A stretch of 64,000 nt of DNA, taken from positions 416,001-480,000 of the forward strand of contig CAWIYV010000010.1 of assembly GCA_963840455.1 (NCBI GenBank). Direction: 5' to 3'. Under the pieces are notes generated by a model. That model was given only the letters and a program-made list of their open reading frames with translations. It did not search any database and had not been told where the DNA came from. A program made the translations under genes and the position numbers. Position 1 is the first letter of the stretch; every line of letters begins with the position of its first letter. Positions 20,100 through 32,605 of this stretch are shown piece after piece. Origin of the DNA: Nitrospirota bacterium. Its GTDB lineage: Bacteria > Nitrospirota > UBA9217.

Positions 20100-20225
20100 T
20101 TTTTCACGCGCTTGTGAAAAGCAGCAATCATAGGGCCGGAAAAAGCGGATAGATGACATCCCCGCAGCCAAATAACTATTTAATAATACAAACGTTTTTG
20201 GCTTATTAACAGGTGTGGATAAGCA
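20100..20225. promoter_or_regulatory. DnaA boxes in the dnaA upstream region
   Basis: Perfect TGTGGATAA at 20214-20222. One-mismatch boxes TTATTAACA at 20203-20211 and TGTGAAAAG at 20113-20121. Confidence 0.75.
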
Positions 20226-20259
20226 TGTTTGTAACCACCAGCTTTTTTTGAGGTAACGT

Positions 20260-21594
20260 ATGGATTTGGCAGGGGTTTGGGAAGAGATCCTTTTCCTGAT
20301 AGAAAACAAGATGTCCCGTCAGGGCTATGATACGTGGTTTGCTCAGTCAAGGCTCGTTTCTTTCGATGGCCAGAAGATAGTCATTCAGGTCCCGAGCAAG
20401 TTCCACCGTGACTGGATCCGGGAACACCATCATGACGTCCTTAGTGATGTCATCAGGGAAGTGACCAAGAAGGACACCATCGAGATAGATTTCTTCGTTG
20501 AGCCCCAGGAGCCTCCAAAAAAAGCCGCCAAAACCTCCAAGGACGAAAAGAGAGAGGACCGACAGCAAAAGACCAGTCTTCTTCATGATAGAAAATACAC
20601 CTTTAACTCTTTTGTTGTTGGCCCAAGCAACCAGTTCGCCCACGCTTCGGCAAAAGCCGTAGCAGAAGCACCCGGCAGAGCATATAATCCGCTTTTCATA
20701 TACAGCGGGGTAGGGCTTGGCAAAACCCACCTGGTCAACGCCATTGGCCATTTCGTCCAGAGCAAGAATCCTCGTGCAAGAGCAGCCTATCTCTCTTCCG
20801 AACAGTTCACGAATGAACTGATCAGCCACTTGAGCCACAAAACGATGGATGCGTTCCGCATGAAATACCGGAATATGGATATCCTGATCATTGATGATAT
20901 TCAGTTCATGGCCGGAAAAGAGCGGACTCAAGAGGAGTTCTTTCATACCTTCAACACGCTGTATGAAGCGCAGAAGCAAATCGTGCTCACGAGCGACCGC
21001 CAGCCGAAGGAGATCCCCGACATCGAGGAGCGCCTTCGTTCTCGTTTCGAAGCCGGTCTTATTGCCGATATTCAGCCTCCTGACCTTGAGACGCGCATCG
21101 CGATCCTGAAGAAGAAGGCGGACCTCCAGAATATCCGGCTTCCCGATGATGTCGCGGCATATCTTGCCACAATCCTCAGGAACAACATCCGGGAACTGGA
21201 AGGGGGACTTATGAGGCTCGGTGCGATTGCGTCCCTCACGAACACCGAGATCACTGTTGACCTCGCCAAGGCCGAAATGAAGCATTTGGTCGACCTACGG
21301 GAAAAGGTGATCACGAACGAGCTCATCCAGAAGCTGGTCGCAGAGTCGTTCGGCGTGAAGCCCATAGAACTTAAGTCGAAACGGCGCACGCGAACGGTCG
21401 TCCTGCCACGCCAGGTGGCCATGTATCTCTGCAGGCATCTGGCCGGTTCGTCGCTTCCGGAGATAGGCCAGTTCTTCGGAGGAAAGGACCACAGCACGGT
21501 GATCCATTCCTGCAACACCATCGAGGAAAAGAAGGAAAAAGACCCCGAGCTCAAGGCCCGGATCGAAGCGCTTACAAAGCAGCTAAAATCTTGA
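20260..21594 (+). CDS. dnaA: Chromosomal replication initiator DnaA
   Basis: YTFNSFVVG.SN, YNPLFIY.GVGLGKTHL, IDDIQF, RLRSRF, PRQVAMYL and KDHSTV. Confidence 0.99.
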   Translation: MDLAGVWEEILFLIENKMSRQGYDTWFAQSRLVSFDGQKIVIQVPSKFHRDWIREHHHDVLSDVIREVTKKDTIEIDFFVEPQEPPKKAAKTSKDEKREDRQQKTSLLHDRKYTFNSFVVGPSNQFAHASAKAVAEAPGRAYNPLFIYSGVGLGKTHLVNAIGHFVQSKNPRARAAYLSSEQFTNELISHLSHKTMDAFRMKYRNMDILIIDDIQFMAGKERTQEEFFHTFNTLYEAQKQIVLTSDRQPKEIPDIEERLRSRFEAGLIADIQPPDLETRIAILKKKADLQNIRLPDDVAAYLATILRNNIRELEGGLMRLGAIASLTNTEITVDLAKAEMKHLVDLREKVITNELIQKLVAESFGVKPIELKSKRRTRTVVLPRQVAMYLCRHLAGSSLPEIGQFFGGKDHSTVIHSCNTIEEKKEKDPELKARIEALTKQLKS

Positions 21595-21681
21595 TAGTTT
21601 TAGGTTTTTCAAGATATATTTATATTGCTATTTACCAGGCTTTCTGATAATATTGGCGAATATCCGAGGGAGGCTTTCTGA

Positions 21682-22797
21682 ATGAAACTGAAGATCAAGA
21701 AAGACGAAATCCTCAAGGGTTTGCAGCGGATCCAGGGCGTCGTCGACAAGAAGAACACGATGCCCATCCTTTCCAACATGCTCTTGATTGCCGATGGCAA
21801 GGGTGTCGAGATCATTGCAACAGATCTTGAGATAGGCCTGCGAGGACGCTATGTCGCGGAGGTAGAAAAGACCGGCGCAGTAACCGTATCGGCCAAGAAG
21901 ATGTTCGAGATCGTGCGAGAGCTTCCCGAGGAAAACATTCAGATACGCGTGGAAGACGGCAATTGGGTGAAGATCGTTTCCGGCCGCTCCCAGTTCAAGC
22001 TCGTCGGCCTTCCGAAGGAAGAGTATCCCAGCATGCCCGATGTGGCCGAAGAGGGGATGATCACCATTGCCGGGGATACGCTCAGGGACATGATCAAGAA
22101 AACCCTGTATGCAGCCGGTGAGAACGATGCACGGTACGTGCTGAACGGGCTGTTCGTGCATCTCACGCCGGGCAAAGGCGGCATCAATATCCGCATGGTT
22201 GGCACCGACGGTCACCGTCTGTCCATGATCGACCGCAGCGTGGAGGCAAAGCATAAGGAAGAGAGCGTCATCGTTCCGAAGAAGGCCATGATGGAGCTCC
22301 GCCGGCTGCTGGAGGAAGATGAGTCGCAGGAGGGGTTCCAGATCGGTTTCAGCAAGAACCACGCCCTGTTCAAACGGGGAGATCTTGTGATGGTCTCAAA
22401 GCTTATTGACGGCAATTACCCGAACTATCAGCAGGTCCTGCCTGCTCAGAGCACGAAAAAAGTCACCGTCTCCAAGGACCAGATCACCCATGCGGTGAAG
22501 CGTGTTTCGATTCTGTCCAAGGAAAAGACCAATGCCGTAAAGCTCCAGCTCGAGAAGAACGCGCTCCTGTTGTCTACGAACAATCCTGAGGTAGGGGAGG
22601 CGAACGAAGAGCTCGAGATCGTCTATGGGGGCGACAGCCTTTCCATCGGATTTAACTCGCGTTATCTGATGGACGTGCTTATGTCCATGGACGGCGGGAA
22701 CATAACGCTAGAGCTCAACGACTCGCTCAGCCCTTGTCTTATCAAGGAAGAGGGGAACGATTCATACAAATGCGTCGTGATGCCGATGCGGGTGTAA
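21682..22797 (+). CDS. dnaN: DNA polymerase III beta sliding clamp
   Basis: MPILSN, ATDLE, TDGHRL, LIDGNYPNY, GFNSRY and C-terminal VVMPMR. Confidence 0.98.
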   Translation: MKLKIKKDEILKGLQRIQGVVDKKNTMPILSNMLLIADGKGVEIIATDLEIGLRGRYVAEVEKTGAVTVSAKKMFEIVRELPEENIQIRVEDGNWVKIVSGRSQFKLVGLPKEEYPSMPDVAEEGMITIAGDTLRDMIKKTLYAAGENDARYVLNGLFVHLTPGKGGINIRMVGTDGHRLSMIDRSVEAKHKEESVIVPKKAMMELRRLLEEDESQEGFQIGFSKNHALFKRGDLVMVSKLIDGNYPNYQQVLPAQSTKKVTVSKDQITHAVKRVSILSKEKTNAVKLQLEKNALLLSTNNPEVGEANEELEIVYGGDSLSIGFNSRYLMDVLMSMDGGNITLELNDSLSPCLIKEEGNDSYKCVVMPMRV

Positions 22798-22917
22798 ACG
22801 TCCTTCTTCATACGGACGAATAAGATCTGCAGATTGGAAATGCATACTTTAAAGCAAGCAAAACAGCTTCCAATCTCCCTGTTCCAAGGCATAATCTTCA
22901 ATTCAGTACTGGTGTGA

Positions 22918-25368
<2,451 letters not shown>

Positions 25369-25399
25369 CCGCGTATACGGGAAGCTCCTTATATTGCAG

Positions 25400-25640
25400 G
25401 CTGCAGAGCGGGCTCATCTGGTATAACAAGCCTGCTATACCGCGCTCCTGAGGGACCGTGAAGCCGCCATCCAGGGCCTGTTGCAGGCGAACTTACGGGA
25501 ACAGCGCAAGAAACACGAAACGCAGGGAAAGCCGCACCTGAACATCCTCCGGGAAGACCATGAGTTTATGAAGATCGTCGAGCAGCACGTCGAGCCGGAC
25601 AGCGGGACCATAACGAGACCATGGAACAACAGGAAATAAA
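25400..25640 (+). pseudogene. Degraded TPR end-of-group-like fragment between gyrB and gyrA
   Basis: With one indel it reads WYNK(A)CYTALLRDREAAIQGLLQA...[15 protein letters not shown], resembling the WYNxAC..AL...F..LR.DPRF module. Confidence 0.45.
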
Positions 25641-28104
25641 ATCCCAGATCAACATCGAGCAGGAGATGAAGACCGCCTATCTCGACTACTCGATGAGCGT
25701 AATCGTGGGGCGCGCCCTGCCGGATGTGCGCGACGGACTGAAGCCGGTACACCGCAGGATCCTGTACGCCATGTTCCGGGAAGGCCTCCTGCACAACAAG
25801 AAGTACTCGAAGAGCGCCGGCGTCGTCGGGGAAGTGCTCAAAAAATATCATCCCCACGGCGACAGCGCCGTCTACGACACCATGGTGCGCATGGCCCAGG
25901 ATTTCAACATGCGGTATCCGCTTGTGGACGGCCAGGGGAACTTCGGGTCCATTGACGGCGACTCCGCAGCAGCCTACCGGTATACTGAGGCGCGCCTGAC
26001 GAAGCTCGCTGAGGAGCTGCTCGCCGACATCGACAAGGAGACCGTGGAGTTCGTCCCGAACTTCGACGACACGACCGTCGAGCCGTCGGTACTTCCCACG
26101 CGCGTGCCGAACCTCCTGATCAACGGCTCGGCGGGCATCGCCGTGGGCATGGCTACGAACATCCCGCCGCACAACCTCGGCGAGGTCGTTGACGGCCTCG
26201 TAATGATGATCGACAACCCCGAGGTGACGATCCCGGAGCTCATGACCTCCATCAAGGGCCCGGACTTTCCGACCGCGGGCTTCATCCACGGCTACGAGGG
26301 CATCCGCCAGGCCTATATGACGGGCCGGGGGATCGTCCAGATGCGCGCGCGGGTCACCATTGAGGAAGGGAAGGGCGACCGGGAGAGTATCGTCATCACG
26401 GAGCTCCCGTATCAGGTGAACAAGGCCCGCCTGCTCCAGAACATCGGCGAGCTCATCCGCGACAAGAAGATCAACGGGATCGCCGAGCTTCGGGACGAGT
26501 CCGACCGTCAAGGCATGCGCGTCGTGGCAGACCTCAAGAAGGGCGAGATCGCCAATGTCATTCTGAACCAGCTGTACAAGCACACTGCGCTCCAATCGAC
26601 GTTCGGCGTCATCATGCTGGCGCTGGTGAACAATCAGCCCCGGGTGTTGAACCTCAAGCGACTTCTGTCGAACTTCCTGCAGCACCGGCGCGAAGTGGTC
26701 GTCAGGCGGACCAAATATGACCTCCGGAAGGCCGAGGAACGCGCACATATTCTCCTGGGCCTCAAGATCGCCCTCGAGAACCTTGATGCCGTCATTGCGC
26801 TCATCAAAGCGTCCAGGAATCCTGAAGAGGCGAAGGCCGGTCTGGTTCGCGAGTTCAAGCTCTCGGAGACCCAGGCCCAGGCCATCCTCGAGATGCGGCT
26901 CCAGCGGCTCACAGGCCTTGAGCGGGACAAGATCATTGCCGAGTACGAGGAGACGCTCAAGGAGATTGCGCGCTTGAGCGAGATCCTGGCCTCCGATGCC
27001 CTGGTCATGAAGATCATCCGCGACGAGCTCTTGGCGCTCAAGACCGAGTACGGCGACGCCCGGCGTACCGAGATCCTGGCCCAGACCTCGGAGATCGGCA
27101 TCGAGGACCTCATTAAGGACGAGGAGATGGTGATCACCATCTCGCATGCCGGCTATATCAAGCGGAACCCGCTTACGAACTATCGCGCCCAGCGCCGCGG
27201 CGGCAAGGGCAAGGTAGGCATGGAGACCCGCGAAGAGGACTTTGTCGAGCGGCTGTTCATGGCGACCATGCACAGCTATATCCTCTTCTTCACGAACAAG
27301 GGGCGCGTATACTGGCTCAAGGTGCACCAGATCCCTGAGGCGGGTAGGCAGGCCAAGGGCAAGGCCATAGTGAACCTGCTGCAGATCGGCCAGGACGAGC
27401 GGGTCACTGCGGCCCTGCCGGTTCGTGAGTTCACGCCGGATCACTTCATCCTCATGGCAACCAAGCAGGGGATCATCAAGAAAACAGAGCTCGATGCCTA
27501 CAGCCACCCGCGGCCATCGGGTATCATCGCCATCACGCTCGAGGAGGGCGACGATCTGATCGGCGCAGAAGTGACCGACGGTAAACGCGACGTGTTCCTT
27601 GGAACGAAGGATGGCCTCTCCATCCGGTTCAACGAGGAGGACGTACGCGAGATTGGCAGGACTGGAAAGGGCGTCATCGGCGTACGGCTCGACGAGGGGA
27701 ACGAGGTCGTGGGCATGGAGATCGTGCGCGATGATTCAACGATCCTCACCGTCACGGAGAACGGATTCGGAAAGCGCAGCTCCCTCGAGGACTACCGGAG
27801 CCAGAGCCGGGGCGGCAAGGGCATCATCACCATCAAGACCACAGCGAAGAACGGCAGGGTCGTTGCCATCGCCCAGGTGTCCAAGGACGATGAGATCCTG
27901 CTGATCACCGGGAACGGGAAGATCCTCCGCACCCGGGCGAAGGACATCTCGGTGCAGGGACGGAACACCCAGGGCGTGCGGCTTCTTGAAACCGAAGAAG
28001 GCGACAAGGTAAAGAGCCTTGCAAAGGTCGTGGAGCGCGAGGAGGAGAAAGAGGTCGGGACCGAAAAGGACCTCCCCGCTTCACCGGTGACCGGGAACGC
28101 GTAA
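25621..28104 (+). CDS. gyrA: DNA gyrase subunit A
   Basis: [27 protein letters not shown] (catalytic Tyr) and GyrA-box QRRGGKG. Confidence 0.99.
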   Translation: MEQQEIKSQINIEQEMKTAYLDYSMSVIVGRALPDVRDGLKPVHRRILYAMFREGLLHNKKYSKSAGVVGEVLKKYHPHGDSAVYDTMVRMAQDFNMRYPLVDGQGNFGSIDGDSAAAYRYTEARLTKLAEELLADIDKETVEFVPNFDDTTVEPSVLPTRVPNLLINGSAGIAVGMATNIPPHNLGEVVDGLVMMIDNPEVTIPELMTSIKGPDFPTAGFIHGYEGIRQAYMTGRGIVQMRARVTIEEGKGDRESIVITELPYQVNKARLLQNIGELIRDKKINGIAELRDESDRQGMRVVADLKKGEIANVILNQLYKHTALQSTFGVIMLALVNNQPRVLNLKRLLSNFLQHRREVVVRRTKYDLRKAEERAHILLGLKIALENLDAVIALIKASRNPEEAKAGLVREFKLSETQAQAILEMRLQRLTGLERDKIIAEYEETLKEIARLSEILASDALVMKIIRDELLALKTEYGDARRTEILAQTSEIGIEDLIKDEEMVITISHAGYIKRNPLTNYRAQRRGGKGKVGMETREEDFVERLFMATMHSYILFFTNKGRVYWLKVHQIPEAGRQAKGKAIVNLLQIGQDERVTAALPVREFTPDHFILMATKQGIIKKTELDAYSHPRPSGIIAITLEEGDDLIGAEVTDGKRDVFLGTKDGLSIRFNEEDVREIGRTGKGVIGVRLDEGNEVVGMEIVRDDSTILTVTENGFGKRSSLEDYRSQSRGGKGIITIKTTAKNGRVVAIAQVSKDDEILLITGNGKILRTRAKDISVQGRNTQGVRLLETEEGDKVKSLAKVVEREEEKEVGTEKDLPASPVTGNA

Positions 28105-28105
28105 C

Positions 28106-28906
28106 ATGAGAAAGAGGCTGATGCTGATGCTCGTTCTCGGTGCGGCCCTTGCGGGGTTGGCCGGGTGCGAGCTCTTTGATAAACAGGCAACGCTCGAGTA
28201 CGAAGCGGCGACCAAGCGCTGGTACGCCGGTGACTACCCGGCGGCGGTATCGATGTATATCAGCCTGGTGAAGAACCATCCCTACAGCCCCCATGCGGAT
28301 AATGCGCTCTACTGGATCGGGGTCACCCAGTTCCTGTACCTGGGCGAGACCGAGAGGTCCCTGCAGACCTTCCGGCTCCTCCTGAAAAAATATCCGAGCC
28401 GTGACATGGCGCCTGCAGCACAGCTCTATATCGCCGAGATCTACGAGCTGGGCTACAATGACTATGTTCGTGCCATTGAAGAATACCGGAAGGCGACCCA
28501 CTATTCCGACAAGGATGTGCGCGAGCGGAGCCTGTACAGTCTTGCTGACAACCTGTTCCGGGTCGGCAAGATTGACGACGCGCGGAGCACATGGAAGACC
28601 CAGGTTAAGGAGTTTCCCCGCGGCAGCAAGGCCGACCTGGCGCTCTACCGGCTGGGGACCACGGCGTTCTCTAAAGGCCAGATCGAGGAAGCGGAAAGCT
28701 ATTACCGCAGGTCGCTTGAGGTGAGCAAGGACAAGGAGACCGTGGTCAAGGCCAAGTTCGCCCTTGCCCAATGCCTTGAGGCTTCGGAAAGCCTGAAGGC
28801 CGCCTTGGAGATCTACCAGGAGCTCGAGCCACTGTACCAGAACAAGGAAGCCATCCGGATCAAGATCAAGGCCCTGGAAACGCGGATCATCAAGAAAAGC
28901 TATTGA
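28106..28906 (+). CDS. TPR lipoprotein (CpoB/BamD-like)
   Basis: Lipobox LAGC and repeated YP.S..A..A.Y TPR units. Confidence 0.8.
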   Translation: MRKRLMLMLVLGAALAGLAGCELFDKQATLEYEAATKRWYAGDYPAAVSMYISLVKNHPYSPHADNALYWIGVTQFLYLGETERSLQTFRLLLKKYPSRDMAPAAQLYIAEIYELGYNDYVRAIEEYRKATHYSDKDVRERSLYSLADNLFRVGKIDDARSTWKTQVKEFPRGSKADLALYRLGTTAFSKGQIEEAESYYRRSLEVSKDKETVVKAKFALAQCLEASESLKAALEIYQELEPLYQNKEAIRIKIKALETRIIKKSY

Positions 28907-28933
28907 CATCTCACAGGGGGCGTGTTACTTTTT

Positions 28934-30226
28934 ATGCTCGATTTAAGGTTCGTCAGGGAACATTCGGAAGAGGTCAAGGCGGGGATCCGCAGACGCGGAA
29001 CCGAGCTTGACCTCAGCGAGTTCCTCGCGCTGGACGAAAAACGGCGCAAGGCACAGCAGGAAGTGGACGATCTCCGGAGAAAGCGGAACGAGGTCTCCGA
29101 AGAGATCGGCAGGCTCAAGAAGGCAGGCCAGCAAGCCGACGACAAGGTCATCGAGATGCGCTCGGTCGGGGACTCCATTGCCGCGATCGAGGCGGTGGGC
29201 CGCGAGGCAGAAGAGGCCCAGCGGAACATCCTGCTGAACATCCCGAACCTGCCGCACGCGTCCGTTCCGGACGGCAGGGACGAGACTGGGAATGTGGAAG
29301 TGAAGCGGTGGTCGCCTGAAGGGACCGAACCGCGGAAGCTCTCCTTTGAACCCAAGCCGCACTGGGACCTGGCGGAATACCTCGACATCATCGATTTTGA
29401 CCGGGCTGCCAAGATCACGGGAGCCCGATTCGCTCTTTATAAAGGCATGGGCGCAAGGCTCGAGCGGGCGCTCATCAATTTCATGCTCGACCTCCATACG
29501 ACCGAGCACGGATATCTGGAGGTCCTTCCCCCGTTCATGGTGAACCGGACCAGCATGACTGCCACGGGACAGCTTCCCAAGTTCGAGGAAGAGCTCTTCC
29601 GCGTGGAGAACGGGACATACTACCTGATCCCCACGGCAGAGGTCCCGGTGACGAACATCCCCCGGGACGAGATCCTGGCCGATGAGGTCCTGACGCTCAA
29701 GTACACCGCGTACACGCCGTGCTTCCGCCGGGAGGCGGGTTCCTATGGCAAGGACACGCGGGGGCTCATCCGCCAGCATCAGTTCAATAAGGTGGAGCTG
29801 GTGAAGTTCGCGCGGCCTGAGGAGTCCTACCGGGAACTGGATGCGCTTCTGGCCGATGCCGAAGAGGTGCTCAAGCGGCTCGGCCTGCCCTACCGGGTCA
29901 TCACGCTTTGCGCTGGCGATATGGGTTTCTCTGCGGCGAAGACCTACGACATTGAGGTCTGGCTTCCGGCGCAAAACCGCTACCGAGAGATCTCGTCGTG
30001 CTCCAACTTCGAGGACTTCCAGGCCCGGCGGGGCAATATCCGGTACAAGCCTCAAGGCAGCAAAAAGACCGAATACGTGCACACCCTGAACGGCTCCGGA
30101 CTTGCCGTCGGGCGGACGGTCGTTGCGATCCTGGAGAACTATCAGCTGCCTGACGGCACCGTGGAGGTGCCGGAAGTGCTCAGGAAATATATGGGTGGTG
30201 CGGAAACGATCGTGCCCAGGAAGTAA
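28934..30226 (+). CDS. serS: Serine--tRNA ligase
   Basis: [36 protein letters not shown] and [12 protein letters not shown]. Confidence 0.98.
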   Translation: MLDLRFVREHSEEVKAGIRRRGTELDLSEFLALDEKRRKAQQEVDDLRRKRNEVSEEIGRLKKAGQQADDKVIEMRSVGDSIAAIEAVGREAEEAQRNILLNIPNLPHASVPDGRDETGNVEVKRWSPEGTEPRKLSFEPKPHWDLAEYLDIIDFDRAAKITGARFALYKGMGARLERALINFMLDLHTTEHGYLEVLPPFMVNRTSMTATGQLPKFEEELFRVENGTYYLIPTAEVPVTNIPRDEILADEVLTLKYTAYTPCFRREAGSYGKDTRGLIRQHQFNKVELVKFARPEESYRELDALLADAEEVLKRLGLPYRVITLCAGDMGFSAAKTYDIEVWLPAQNRYREISSCSNFEDFQARRGNIRYKPQGSKKTEYVHTLNGSGLAVGRTVVAILENYQLPDGTVEVPEVLRKYMGGAETIVPRK

Positions 30227-30297
30227 GCGCGGAACAGCAGGGAATACTTGATGGTCAATGGCAACGCACGATGCGGCGGGAATGAGTTTTCAGGAAC

Positions 30298-30383
<86 letters not shown>

Positions 30384-30501
30384 TACAATAATAGTTCTGA
30401 GTCCATGGTACAGAGTTCAGATTTCAGAAAAGCAGAAGATAAAACGTTAGCAGATTCTGAGCTTTGAACTTAGAACGTTGAACTGTACACTGAAGTTAAA
30501 C

Positions 30502-30591
30502 GGAGAGGTGGCCGAGAGGCTGAAGGCAGCTGCCTGCTAAGCAGTTGTGGGGGTAACTCCACCCCGGGTTCGAATCCCGGCCTCTCCGCCA
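30502..30591 (+). tRNA. tRNA-Ser(GCT)
   Basis: Anticodon loop CTGCTAA, long variable arm, GTTCGAATC and CCA. Confidence 0.97.
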
Positions 30592-30658
30592 GTTATGACC
30601 GCGAGTGAGGAAATACAGACTCTATCATCGAATATCAAGAAGAAGGAGGAAGAACACA

Positions 30659-31168
30659 ATGAAGAGGATCGTAGCAGCAGTATTGGTCGCCGGTATGCTC
30701 GTATCGTTCGCCGGCTGCAAGAAAAAAGAGGAGAAGCCGCAGCTGCCGGCCGGCCATCCCAGCACGGAAGGCGGTATGCCGCAGGCGGGCATGCCTGATA
30801 TGCCGAAGGTCGACCGCACGGTCGTGGTGCCGAAGGAGGTCGCGGCAAAGTGGAAGTCGGTCAAGATTACGATCGAGGACAAGGCGGCGAAAGGCTCCAA
30901 GGAATATACCATCGCGGTAGGCGCCGAGCAGGCTATCCCGAACACGACCATCAAGGTGAAGGTGCTTGCGTTCCTGCCGGACTTCAAGATGGGCGAGAAG
31001 GAAATCACCTCGACATCCGACAAGCCGAACAATCCGGCAGCCCAGGTGTCAGTGACCGACGGCGGCAAGGAGGTCTGGAAAGGCTGGCTCTATTCCATGC
31101 ATCCCGGTGTCCATCCGTTCCAGCACGAAAAGATCGGCCTGACCCTGATTGGCGGCGTTTCCAAGTAA
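30659..31168 (+). CDS. Lipoprotein, DUF2155-like
   Basis: Lipobox FAGC, LPAGHP, FLPDF, NPAA.V and GWLYSMHP..H.F.H. Confidence 0.75.
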   Translation: MKRIVAAVLVAGMLVSFAGCKKKEEKPQLPAGHPSTEGGMPQAGMPDMPKVDRTVVVPKEVAAKWKSVKITIEDKAAKGSKEYTIAVGAEQAIPNTTIKVKVLAFLPDFKMGEKEITSTSDKPNNPAAQVSVTDGGKEVWKGWLYSMHPGVHPFQHEKIGLTLIGGVSK

Positions 31169-31231
31169 ACAGCGAACAATCGAACGAAATGATGCACAGG
31201 CGTGAGGGCAGCGCCTGTGCATCCTATTTTT

Positions 31232-31308
31232 GCGCCCATAGCTCAGTTGGATAGAGCGACGGACTACGAATCCGTAGGCCAGAGGTTCGAATCCTCTTGG
31301 GCGCGCCA
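31232..31308 (+). tRNA. tRNA-Arg(ACG)
   Basis: GCGCCCA acceptor, anticodon loop CTACGAA, GTTCGAATC and GCCA. Confidence 0.98.
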
Positions 31309-31322
31309 TTTTTCATATTTTG

Positions 31323-31496
31323 GTCACACGTGCTTGCCGGGCCGAAAGGCCCGGGCAGCGTATGAACCTCTGACCAAGGGGTCCTCGGGGAAAGATTCCC
31401 CTAGGCTTTGGAGGCGATGCCAGGGAGGGCGGGCACCCTCTGGGGAGCCACGCGCGGGCGACAGGTCATGAGGGTCAAATCCTCTCAGGCACGCCA
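31323..31496 (+). ncRNA. Unclassified tRNA-like structured element (acceptor-like stem, T-arm-like hairpin and CCA end around a multi-hairpin core)
   Basis: GTGCTTG (31330-36) pairs with CAGGCAC (31486-92), followed by GCCA. T-arm-like GAGG-GTCAAAT-CCTC. Internal CCGGGCC-GAAA-GGCCCGG and other stems. No D-arm or anticodon arm. Confidence 0.55.
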
Positions 31497-31581
31497 TGTT
31501 TGTTGATCACTGCCAGGAGCGGAGCGTGCGCGGACGAACGTCAGGGAGGAGTGGCTCGGCGTGCTCTGCGGTGACCGTATT

Positions 31582-32049
31582 ATGAGCGACCTGGTGCGCA
31601 GGACCGATGAAGACCATATGCGGATGGCACTGGCGGAAGCCGAGAAGGCAGCCGCTGAGGGCGAAACGCCGATCGGCGCCGTGCTGGTTATCGGGGATCA
31701 GGTCATCACAACCGCGCATAATATGCGCGAAACGTGGCAGGACCCGACAGCGCATGCTGAATCCATCGTTTTGCGGGACGCGTCTGAACAGCTCGGCAGA
31801 TGGCGTCTTCCTGATGCCACGGTCTTTGTGACCATGGAGCCGTGCCTGATGTGCGCCGGAGCCCTGGTCCTCGCAAGGGTCGGCAGACTGGTCTACGGCT
31901 GCAGGGATCCCCGGGCAGGCGCGTTGGGCTCGGTCTATGATGTCGTGAGGGATGGCAGGTTGAACCATGTGTACCGTATAACGCCGGGAGTGCTCGAGGC
32001 GGAATGCCGGTCGGTCCTTCAAGGCTTCTTTGAGAAGCTGAGAACATGA
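31582..32049 (+). CDS. tadA: tRNA adenosine(34) deaminase
   Basis: GETPIGAV, DPTAHAE, EPCLMCAGA and LNH. Adjacent to tRNA-Arg(ACG). Confidence 0.96.
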   Translation: MSDLVRRTDEDHMRMALAEAEKAAAEGETPIGAVLVIGDQVITTAHNMRETWQDPTAHAESIVLRDASEQLGRWRLPDATVFVTMEPCLMCAGALVLARVGRLVYGCRDPRAGALGSVYDVVRDGRLNHVYRITPGVLEAECRSVLQGFFEKLRT

Positions 32050-32085
32050 TGATGCATCGCAGGGAAGCATTATCCGGTTTCATCG

Positions 32086-32175
32086 GGAGAGGTGGCCGAG
32101 CGGCTGAAGGCGGCAGTCTCGAAAACTGTTGTGGGGGTAACTCCACCGGGGGTTCAAATCCCCCCCTCTCCGCCA
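32086..32175 (+). tRNA. tRNA-Ser(CGA)
   Basis: Anticodon loop CTCGAAA, long variable arm, GTTCAAATC and CCA. Confidence 0.97.
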
Positions 32176-32269
32176 GTAAAAGAGAAGTGCAGAGTACCGA
32201 GTAAAATAAGCGTCAAGATGTGAGGCTTTGCTCTGAACTCTACACTGTGTCCTTTGTCCTGAAGTCAAC

Positions 32270-32357
32270 GGAGAGGTGGCCGAGCGGCTGAAGGCGCACG
32301 CTTGGAAAGCGTGTTTAGGGAAACCTAACGTGGGTTCAAATCCCACCCTCTCCGCCA
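32270..32357 (+). tRNA. tRNA-Ser(GGA)
   Basis: CACGC-TTGGAAA-GCGTG anticodon arm, long variable arm and CCA. Confidence 0.97.
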
Positions 32358-32366
32358 TATTACGTA

Positions 32367-32435
32367 TTGCGGATTTTGGAATGCAGATTGCGGAATGAAA
32401 ATCCGAAATCTGAAATCTACAATTCGAAATTGAAA
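32367..32435. repeat. Heptamer tandem-repeat hairpin (ATTGCGG...AAATCCG type)
   Basis: TTGCGG ATTTTGG AATGCAG ATTGCGG facing AAATCCG AAATCTG AAATCTA CAATTCG. A similar unit lies at 35477-35541. Confidence 0.7.
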
Positions 32436-32438
32436 CGC

Positions 32439-32550
32439 GCTCATGGGCCCGGGTCCTGCGCAACCACGTCCTGTGAACCCCGTCAGGTCCGGAAGGAAGC
32501 AGCGGTAAGCGGGAGCCGGGTGTGCCGCAGGGAAACCCGGGAACATGAGC
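32439..32550 (+). ncRNA. ffs: Signal recognition particle RNA (small bacterial type, 4.5S)
   Basis: Conserved core GTCAGGTCCGGAAGGAAGCAGC in a long hairpin closed by GCTCATG/CATGAGC, followed by a T-run, upstream of dnaX. Confidence 0.95.
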
Positions 32551-32605
32551 TTTTTTTTCGCCGTCAGCGAGCGGGAGTTCATTGCAGAGAGCGTCGTGAG
32601 GGACC

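Noticed and set aside
25435-27507. 690-aa minus-strand ORF, and similar long antisense ORFs over purL, serS, dnaX, porAB and the kinase
   Set aside because: These are shadow ORFs opposite well-conserved genes, expected with GC-rich codon bias, and they show no family motifs.
31323-31496. tmRNA, tRNA-Sec or a group I intron-containing tRNA
   Set aside because: No GGGG start or G3-U pair, no tag ORF, no UCA anticodon arm, no 5' exon with a D-arm, and no recognisable group I core.
30395-32435. Short repeats between tRNA genes as a CRISPR array
   Set aside because: The units are degenerate 7-mers without 23-47 bp identical repeats or unique spacers, and there are no cas genes.
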